Source of the DNA: Eledone cirrhosa
Lineage: Eukaryota
Assembly: GCA_964016885.1 (NCBI GenBank)
Contig: OZ024740.1
Span: forward strand, 7,688,001 to 7,752,000
Reading direction: 5' to 3'
DNA length: 64,000 nt
Within the stretch, counting starts at the first letter, position 1. Every line of letters starts with the position of its first letter. Of this stretch, positions 54,901 through 64,000 are shown in pieces. The position numbers and the translations under genes are program-made. The notes below the pieces were generated by a model. It was not told the DNA's origin, did no database searches, and saw only the letters and a program-made list of their open reading frames with translations.

Positions 54901-56887
54901 GGTATGTCAGTTTCGATTGGTATATCAGTTTCTATTGGTATGACAGTTTCGATTGGTATATCAATTTCGAATCGTATGTCAGTTTCGATTGGTATGTCAG
55001 TTTCGATTGGTATGTCAGTTTCGTTTAGTATGTCAATTTCGATTGGTATATCAATTTTGATTAGTATGTCAGTTTCTATTGGTATATCAGTTTCGATTGG
55101 TATATCAGTTTCGATTGGTATGTCAGTTTCGATTGGTATATCAGTTTCTATTGGTATGTCAGTTTCGGTTGGTATATCAGTTTCGATTGGTATGTCAGTT
55201 TCGATTGGTATATCAGTTTCTATTGGTATGTCAGTTTCGATTGGTATATCAGTTTCTATTGGTATATCAGTTTCGATTGGTATATCAGTTTCTATTGGTA
55301 TGTCAGTTTCGATTGGTATATCAGTTTCTATTGGTATATCAGTTTCGATTGGTATATCAGTTTCGATTGGTATGTCAGTTTCGATTAGTATATCAGTTTC
55401 TATTGGTATGTCAGTTTCGATTGGTATGTCAGATTATATTGGTATATCAGTTTTGATTGGTATATCAGTTTCGATTGGTATATCAGTTTCGATTGGTATG
55501 TCAGTTTCGATTGGTATGTCAGTTTCTATTGGTATATTAGTTTCTATTGGTATGTCAGTTCCGATTGGTATGTCAATTTCGAGTGGTATATCAGTTTCGA
55601 TTGGAATGTCAGTTTCTATTGGTATATCAGTTTCTATTCGTACGTCAGTTTCGATAGGTATGTCAGATTCTATTGGTATATCAGATTTGATTGGTATATC
55701 AGTTTCGATTGGTATATCAGTTTCTATTGGTATGTCAGTTTCGATAGGTATGTCAGTTTCTATTGGTATGTCAGTTTCGATTGGTATGTCAGTTTCGATT
55801 GGTATATCAGTTTCTATTGGTATGACAGTTTCGATTGGTATATCTATTTCGAATCGTATGTCAGTTTCGATTGGTATGTCAGTTTCGATTGGTATGTCAG
55901 TTTCGTTTAGTATGTCAATTTCGATTGGTATATCAATTTTGATTAGTATGTCAGTTTCTATTGGTATATCAGTTTCGATTGGTATATCAGTTTCGATTGG
56001 TATGTCAGTTTCGATTGGTATATCAGTTTCTATTGGTATGTCAGTTTCGATTGGTATATCAGTTTCGATTTGTATGTCTGTTTCGATTGGTATATCAGTT
56101 TCTATTGGTATGTCAGTTTCGATTGGTATATCAGTTTCTATTGGTATATCAGTTTCGATTGGTATATCAGTTTCTATTGGTATGTCAGTTTCGATTGGTA
56201 TATCAGTTTCTATTGGTATATCAGTTTCGATTGGTATATCAGTTTCGATTGGTATGTCAGTTTCGATTAGTATATCAGTTTCTATTGGTATGTCAGTTTC
56301 GATTGGTATGTCAGATTATATTGGTATATCAGTTTTGATTGGTATATCAGTTTCGATTGGTATATCAGTTTCGATCGGTATGTCAGTTTCGATTGGTATA
56401 TCAGTTTCTATTGGTATGTCAATTTCGATAGATATGTCAGTTTCTATTGGTATATCAGTTTCGATTGGTATATCAGTTTAGATTGGTATATCAGTTTCGA
56501 TTGATATGTCAGTTTCGATTAGTATAGCAGTTTCTATTGGTATGTCAGTTTCGATTGGTATGTCACATTCTATTGGTATATCAGTTTCGATTGGTATATC
56601 AGTTTCGATTGGTATTTCAGTTTCGATTGGTATGTTAATTTCGAGTGGTATATCAGTTTCGATTGGAATGTCAGTTTCTATTGGTATATCAGTTTCTATT
56701 CGTAATGTCAGTTTCGATAGGTATGTCAGATTCTATTGGTATATCAGATTTGATTGGTATATCAGTTTCGATTGGTATATCAGTTTCTATTGGTATGTCA
56801 GTTTCGATAGGTATGTCAGTTTCTATTGGTATGTCAGTTTCGATTGGTATGTCAGTTTCGATTGGTATATCAGTTTCTATTGGTATG
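45915..56887. repeat. Tandem duplication of ~5.5 kb (offset 5509, then 5455 after loss of 3 monomers in copy 2)
   Basis: ORF pairs 46245/51754, 47325/52834, 47973/53428, 49116/54571, 51051/56506. The +1 insertion CGTAATG is shared (~51249, ~56704). Confidence 0.93.
49160..50925. repeat. 882-bp (49-monomer) tandem duplication nested in the 5.5 kb unit; also present at ~54615-56380
   Basis: GAGTGG at 49244/50126 and 54699/55581; ORF pairs 49624/50506 and 55079/55961. Confidence 0.9.
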
Positions 56888-58949
56888 ACAGTTTCGATTG
56901 GTATGTCAGTCTCGAATCGTATGTCAGTTTCGATTGGTATGTCAGTTTCGATTGGTATGTCAGTTTCGTTTGGTATGTCAATTTCGATTGGTATATCAAT
57001 TTTGATTAGTATGTCAGTTTCTATTGGTATATCAGTTTCGATTGGTATATCAGTTTCTATTGGTATGTCAGTTTCGATTGGTATATCAGTTTCTATTGGT
57101 ATATCAGTTTCGATTGGTATATCAGTTTCGATTGGTATGTCAGTTTCGATTAGTATATCAGTTTCTATTGGTATGTCAGTTTCGATTGGTATGTCAGATT
57201 ATATTGGTATATCAGTTTTGATTGGTATATCAGTTTCGATTAGTATATCAGTTTCGATTAGTATGTCAGTTTGGATTGGTATATCAGTTTCTATTGGTAT
57301 GTCAATTTCGATAGATATGTCAGTTTCTATTGGTATATAAGTTTCGATTGGTATGTCAGTTTCTATTGGTTTCTCAGTTCTGATTATTATATCAGGGACT
57401 ATTGGTATGTCATTTTCGATAGGTATGTCAGTTTCTATTGGTATGTCAGTTTCGATTGGTATGTCAGTTTCGATTGGTATATCAGTTTCTATTGGTATGT
57501 CAATTTCAATTGGTATATCAGTTTTAATTAGTATGTCAGTTTCTAATGGTATATCAGTTTCGATTGGTATATCAGTTTCGATTGGTATGTCAGTTTCGAT
57601 TTGTATATCAGTTTCGATTGGTATGTCAGTTTCGATAGTATATCAGTTTCTATTGGTATGTCAGTTTCTATTGGTCTGTCAGATTCTATTGGTATATCAG
57701 TTTCGATTGTTATATCAGTTTCGATTGATATATCAATTTCGATTGGTATATCAGTTTCTATTGGTATATCAGTTTCTATTGGTATGTCCGTTTTGATTGG
57801 TATATCAGTTTCGATTAGTACGTCAGTTTCGATTGGTATGTCTGTTTCGATTGCTATATCAGTTTCGATTGGTATATCAGTTTTGACTGTTATGTCAGTT
57901 TCGATTGGTATATCACTTTCGATTGGTATGTCAGTTTCTATTGGTATATCAGTTTCTATTGGTATGTCAGTTTCGATTGGTATATCAGTTTCGATTGGTA
58001 TGTCAGTTTCGATTGGTATATCAGTTTCTACTGGTATATCAGTTTCGATTGGTATGTCAGATTCTATTGGTATATCAGTTTTGATTGGTATATCAGTTTC
58101 GATTGGTATATCAGCTTCGATTGGTATGTCAGTTTCGATTGGTATATCAGTTTCTATTGGTATGTCAATTTCGATAGGTATGTCAGTTTCTATTGGTATA
58201 TAAGTTTCGATTGGTATGTCAGTTTCTATTGGCTTGTCAGTTCTGATTATTATATCAGTGACTATTGGTATGTCAGTTTCGATTGGTATGTCAGTTTCGA
58301 TTGGTATATCAGTTTCTATTGGTATGCCAGTTTCGATTGGTATACCAGTTTCGATTGGTATGTCAGTTTGGATTGGTATGTCAGTTTCGATTGGTATGTC
58401 AGTTTCGATTGGTATGTCAGTTTCGTTTGGTATGTCAATTTCGATTGGTATATCAATTTTGATTAGTATGTCAGTTTCTATTGGTATGACAGTTTCGATT
58501 GATATATCAGTTTGGATTGGTAAGTCAGTTTGGATTGGTATGTCAGTTTCGATTGGTATGTCAGATTCTATTGGTATATCATTTTCGATTGGTATATCAG
58601 TTTCGATTGGTATATCAGTTTCGATTGGTATATCAGTTTCTATTGGTATATCAGTTTCTATTGGTATGTCAGTCTCGATTGGTATATCAGTTTTGATTGG
58701 TATGTCAGTTTCTATTGGTATGTCAGTTTCGTTTGGTATGTCAATTTCGATTGGTATATCAATTTTGATTAGTATGTCAGTTTCTATTGGTATATCAGTT
58801 TCGATTGGTATATCAGTTTCGATTGGTATGTCAGTTTCGATGGGTATGTCAATTTCGATTGGTATGTCAATTTTGATTAGTATGTCAGTTTCTATTGGTA
58901 TATCAGTTTCGATTGGTATGTCAGTTTAGATTGGTATATCAGTTTCGAT

Positions 58950-59680
58950 TGGTATGTCAGTTTTGATTGGTATCTCAGTTTCGATTGGTATATCAGTTTC
59001 GAATGGTATGTCAGTTTTGATTTGTATATCAGTTTCTATTCCTATATCAGTTTCTGTTTGTATGTCAGTTTCGATTTGTATGTCAGTTTCTATTGGTATA
59101 TCAGTTTCAATTGGTACGTCAGTTTCGATTAATATATCAGTTCCCATAGGTATGTCAGTTTCTATTGGTATATCAGTTTTGATTGGTATATCAGTTTCGA
59201 TTGGTATGTCAGTTTCTATTGGTATATCTGTTTCGATTGATATGTCTGTTTCGATTAGTATATCAGTTTCTATAGGTATGTCAGTTTCTATTGGTATATC
59301 AGTTTGGATTGTATTGTCAGTTTCGATTGGTATATCAGTTTCGATTGTTATATCAGTTTCGATTGGTATATCAGTTTCGATTGGTATATCAGTTTCTATT
59401 GGTATGTCAGTTTTGATTGGTATATCAGTTTCGATTAGTACGTCAGTTTCGATTGGTATGTGTTTTTCGATTGCTATATCAGTTTCGATTGGTATGTCAG
59501 TTTTGATTGGTATGTTAGCTTCGATTGGTATATCAGTTTCTATTCCTATATCAGTTTCTGTTGGTATGTCAGTTTCGATTGGTATGTCAGTTTCTATTGG
59601 TATATCAGTTTCGATTGGTATGTAAGTTTCTATTGGTATGTCACTTTCGATTTTTTAATCAGTTACTATTGGTATGTCAG
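58950..59680. repeat. Dispersed copy of the diverged block ~40935-41660 (offset 18001-18019)
   Basis: Rare strings shared between the two blocks: ATTCCTATATCAGTTTCTGTTTGT (41037/59038), TGTTTTTCG (41442/59461), TCACTTTCGATTTTTTAATC (41622/59641). Confidence 0.88.
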
Positions 59681-59689
59681 TTTCGATTG

Positions 59690-62600
59690 GTATGTCAATT
59701 TCGATTGGTATATCAATTTTGATTAGTATGTCAGTTTCTATTGGTATATCAGTTTTGATTGGTATATCAGTTTCGATTGGTATGTCAGTTTCGATGGGTA
59801 TGTCAATTTCGATTGGTATGTCAATTTTGATTAGTATGTCAGTTTCTATTGGTATATCAGTTTCGATTGGTATGTCAGTTTAGATTGGTATATCAGTTTC
59901 GATTGGTATGTCAGTTTCGATTATTATAGCAGTTTCTATTGGTATGTCAGTTTCGATTGGTATGTCACATTCTATTGGTATATCAGTTTTGATTGGTATA
60001 TCAGTTTCGATTGGTATATCAGTTTCGATTGGTATTTCAGTTTCGATTGGTATGTCAGTTTCTATTGGTATATTAGTTTCTATTGGTATGTCAGTTTCGA
60101 TTGGTATGTCAGTTCCGATTTGTATGTCAATTTCGATTGGTATATCAGTTTCTATTGGTATGTCAGTTTCTATTGGTATATCAGTTTCTATTCGTATGTC
60201 AGTTTCGATAGGTATGTCAGTTTCTATTGGTATATCAGTTTCGATTGGTATGTCAGTTTCGATTAGTATATCACTTTCTATTGGTATGTCAGTTTCGATT
60301 GGTATGCCAGATTCTATTGGTATATCAGTTTTGATTGGTATATCAGTTTCGATTGGTATATCAGTTTCTATTGGTATGTCAGTTTCTATTGGTATATCAG
60401 TTTCTATTCGTATGTCAGTTTCGATAGGTATGTCAGTTTCTATTGGTATATCAGTTTCGATTGGTATGTCAGTTTCGATTAGTATATCAGTTTCTATTGG
60501 TATATTAGTTTCGATTGGTATGTCAGATTGTATTGGTATATCAGTTCTGATTGGTATATCAGTTTCGATTGGTATATCAGTTTCTATTGGTACGTCAGTT
60601 TCGATAGGTATGTCAGTTTCTATTGGTATGTCAGTTTCGATTGGTATGTCAGTTTCGATTGGTATATCAGTTTCTATTGGTATGACAGTTTCGATTAGTA
60701 TATCAGTTTCGAATAGTATGTCAGTTTCGATTGATATGTCAGTTTCGATTGGTATGTCAGTTTCGTTTGGTATGTCAATTTCGATTGGTATATCAATTTT
60801 GATTAGTATGTCAGTTTCTATTGGTATATCAGTTTCGATTGGTATATCAGTTTCGATTGGTATGTCAGTTTCGATTGGTATATCAGTTTCCATTGGTATG
60901 TCAGTTTCGATTGGTATATCAGTTTCGATTTGTATGTCCGTTTCGATTGGTATATCAGTTTCTACTGGTATATCAGTTTCGATTGGTATGTCAGATTCTA
61001 TTGGTATATCAGTTTTGATTGGTATATCAGTTTCGATTGGTATATCAGTTTCGATTGGTATGTCAGTTTCGATTGGTATATCAGTTTCTATTGGTATGTC
61101 AATTTCGATAGGTATATCAGTTTCTATTGGTATATAAGTTTCGATTGGTATGTCAGTTTCTATTGGTTTGTCAGTTCTGATTATTATATCAGTGACTATT
61201 TGTATGTCAGTTTCGATTGGTATGTCAGTTTCGATTGGTATATCACTTTCTATTGGTATGACAGTTTCGATTGGTATATCAGTTTCGATTGGTATGTCAG
61301 TTTCGATTGGTATGTCAGTTTCGATTGGTATGTCAGTTTCGATTGGTATGTCAATTTCGATTGGTATATCAATTTTGATTAGTATGTCAGTTTCTATTGG
61401 TATGACAGTTTCGATTGATATATCAGTTTCGATTGGTATGTCAGTTTGGAATGGTATGTCAGTTTCGATTGGTATGTCAGATTCTATTGTATATCATTTT
61501 CGATTGGTATATCAGTTTCGATTGGTATATCAGTTTCTATTGGTATATCAGTTTCTATTGGTATGTCAGTCTCGATTGGTATATCAGTTTCGATTGGTAT
61601 GTCAGTTTCTATTGGTATGTCAGTTTCGATTGGTATGTCAGTTTCGTTTGGTATGTCAATTTCGATTGGTATATCAATTTTGATTAGTATGTCAGTTTCT
61701 ATTGGTATATCAGTTTCGATTGGTATATCAGTTTCGATTGGTATGTCAGTTTCGATGGGTATGTCAATTTCGATTGGTATGTCAATTTTGATTAGTATGT
61801 CAGTTTCAATTGGTATATCAGTTTCGATTGGTATGTCAGTTTAGATTGGTATATCAGTTTCGATTGGTATGTCAGTTTCGATTATTATAGCAGTTTCTAT
61901 TGGTATGTCAGTTTCGATTGGTATGTCACATTCTATTGGTATATCAGTTTTGATTGGTATATCAGTTTCGATTGGTATATCAGTTTCGATTGGTATTTCA
62001 GTTTCGATTGGTATGTCAGTTTCTATTGGTATATTAGTTTCTATTGGTATGTCAGTTTCGATTGGTATGTCAGTTCCGATTTGTATGTCAATTTCTATTG
62101 GTATATCAGTTTCGATTGGTATGTCAGTTTCTATTGGTATATCAGTTTCTATTCGTATGTCAGTTTCGATAGGTATGTCAGTTTCTATTGGTATATCAGT
62201 TTCGATTGGTATGTCAGTTTCGATTAGTATATCACTTTCTATTGGTATGTCAGTTTCGATTGGTATGCCAGATTCTATTGGTATATCAGTTTTGATTGGT
62301 ATATCAGTTTCGATTGGTATATCAGTTTCTATTGGTATGTCAGTTTCTATTGGTATATCAGTTTCTATTCGTATGTCAGTTTCGATAGGTATGTCAGTTT
62401 CTATTGGTATATCAGTTTCGATTGGTATGTCAGTTTCGATTAGTATATCAGTTTCTATTGGTATATTAGTTTCGATTGGTATGTCAGATTGTATTGGTAT
62501 ATCACTTCTGATTGGTATATCAGTTTCGATTGGTATATCAGTTTCTATTGGTACGTCAGTTTCGATAGGTATGTCAGTTTCTATTGGTATGTCAGTTTCG

Positions 62601-63900
62601 ATTGGTATGTCAGTTTCGATTGGTATATCAGTTTCTATTGGTATGACAGTTTCGATTAGTATATCAGTTTCGAATAGTATGTCAGTTTCGATTGATAAGT
62701 CAGTTTCGATTGGTATGTCAGTTTCGTTTGGTATGTCAATTTCGATTGGTATATCAATTTTGATTAGTATGTCAGTTTCTATTGGTATATCAGTTTCGAT
62801 TGGTATATCAGTTTCGATTGGTATGTCAGTTTCGATTGGTATATCAGTTTCCATTGGTATGTCAGTTTCGATTGGTATATCAGTTTCGATTGGTATGTCA
62901 GTTTCGATTGGTATATCAGTTTCTACTGGTATATCAGTTTCGATTGGTATGTCAGATTCTATTGGTATATCAGTTTTGATTGGTATATCAGTTTCCATTG
63001 GTATATCAGTTTCGATTGGTATGTCAGTTTCGATTGGTATATCAGTTTCTATTGGTATGTCAATTTCGATAGGTATATCAGTTTCTATTGGTATATAAGT
63101 TTCGATTGGTATGTCAGTTTCTATTGGTTTGTCAGTTCTGATTATTATATCAGTGACTATTTGTATGTCAGTTTCGATTGGTATGTCAGTTTCGATTGGT
63201 ATATCAGTTTCTATTGGTATGACAGTTTCGATTGGTATATCAGTTTCGATTGGTATGTCAGTTTCGATTGGTATGTCAGTTTCGATTGGTATGTCAGTTT
63301 CGATTGGTATGTCAATTTCGATTGGTATATCAATTTTGATTAGTATGTCAGTTTCTATTGGTATGACAGTTTCGATTGATATATCAGTTTCGACTGGTAT
63401 GTCAGTTTGGAATGGTATGTCAGTTTCGATTGGTATGTCAGATTCTATTGGTATATCATTTTCGATTGGTATATCAGTTTCGATTGGTATATCAGTTTCT
63501 ATTGGTATACCAGTTTCTATTGGTATGTCAGTCTCGATTGGTATATCAGTTTCGATTGGTATGTCAGTTTCTATTGGTATGTCAGTTTCGTTTGGTATGT
63601 CAATTTCGATTGGTATATCAATTTTGATTAGTATGTCAGTTTCTATTGGTATATCAGTTTCGATTGGTATATCAGTTTCGATTGGTATGTCAGTTTCGAT
63701 GGGTATGTCAATTTCGATTGGTATGTCAATTTTGATTAGTATGTCAGTTTCAATTGGTATATCAGTTTCGATTGGTATGTCAGTTTAGATTGGTATATCA
63801 GTTTAGATTGGTATGTCAGTTTCGATTAGTATAGCAGTTTCTATTGGTATGTCAGTTTCGATTGGTATGTCACATTCTATTGGTATATCAGTTTTGATTG
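59690..63900. repeat. Tandem duplication with period 1961/1944 bp (two copies plus the start of a third)
   Basis: ORF pairs 59908/61869, 60821/62782, 61150/63111; marker GATGGG at 59793, 61754, 63698. Confidence 0.9.
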
Positions 63901-64000
63901 GTATATCAGTTTCGATTGGTATGTCAGTTTTGACTGGTATATCAGTTTCGATTAGATTGTCAGTTTTGATTGGTATCTCTGTTTCGATTGGTATATCAGT

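Larger units (their letters stand above)
1..64000. repeat. 18-bp satellite/minisatellite tandem array, consensus TCAGTTTCKATTGGTATR, ~3,555 monomers, running off both window edges
   Basis: The monomer is readable on every line, always in the same orientation. TCAG starts at 7 (phase 7 mod 18) and at 63996 (phase 6). This matches the net -1 sum of the 12 indels I located, so no non-repeat insertion is needed. Confidence 0.98.

Noticed and set aside
1043-63631. (VCQFRL)n and (YVSFDW)n ORFs
   Set aside because: These are alternative frames of the same stop-free monomer, overlap the other ORFs, and have implausible composition.
4-63788. Plus-strand (SVSIG[IM])n ORFs as hexapeptide left-handed beta-helix proteins; IGxSVS fits [LIV]-[GAED]-x-x-[STAV]-x
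   Set aside because: The frame is broken by stops every ~60-700 codons and by frameshifts, has no unique domains, and the R site is non-synonymous. The motif is permissive enough to match by chance.
1-64000. One giant intact IETDIP gene broken only by sequencing errors
   Set aside because: Stops and frameshifts are reproduced in duplicated blocks (e.g. 7305/10724, 19232/24740/31691, 51249/56704), so they are not random errors. Kept only as a possible-ancestry finding.
1-64000. CRISPR array
   Set aside because: The repeats abut directly with no unique spacers, and there is no leader or cas gene.
1-64000. Telomerase-synthesised telomeric repeat (T/G-rich strand)
   Set aside because: Variants are inherited in kilobase duplicated blocks, which indicates recombinational amplification rather than templated addition. 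There are no G-runs longer than GG in the consensus.
1-64000. Rho-independent terminators or promoters from the hairpins and TATA-like GGTATATC/TATAAG strings
   Set aside because: The stems are weak, have no following U-tract and no associated genes; the motifs are by-products of the monomer.
1-64000. 9-bp sub-repeat origin of the 18-mer
   Set aside because: The halves GTTTCKATT and GGTATRTCA match at only ~3/9 positions. The ATTGGTAT/RTCAGTTT similarity (5/8) is too short to support, and the inverted symmetry explains the monomer better.
1-64000. Mobile elements, tRNA/rRNA genes or inversions hidden in the array
   Set aside because: The monomer register is fully accounted for end to end, and I saw no reverse-orientation monomer or non-repeat stretch.

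Overview
The whole 64 kb is one uninterrupted, head-to-tail array of about 3,555 copies of an 18-bp monomer, consensus TCAGTTTCKATTGGTATR (K=G/T, R=A/G; about 33% GC; T/G-rich + strand). I saw no unique sequence, inversion, transposon, RNA gene or credible protein-coding gene. The ORF track (SVSIG[IM], VCQFRL, YVSFDW, IETDIP repeats) comes from four frames of the monomer that contain no stop codon. The best reading is satellite DNA, probably from a CpG-methylating eukaryote (inference). Three things stand out inside the array. (1) The monomer is an exact 7+4+7 quasi-palindrome (TRTCAGT-TTCK-ATTGGTA) that folds on the + strand into a G.U-containing hairpin with a UUCG/UUCU loop. (2) The two dominant polymorphic sites are both silent in the minus-strand IETDIP frame. 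(3) Rare variants and 12 small indels reveal nested higher-order duplications from 108 bp to about 6.3 kb, scrambled copies 13-19 kb apart, and a subfamily boundary near 36.3 kb. No new gene system is supported by the sequence alone.
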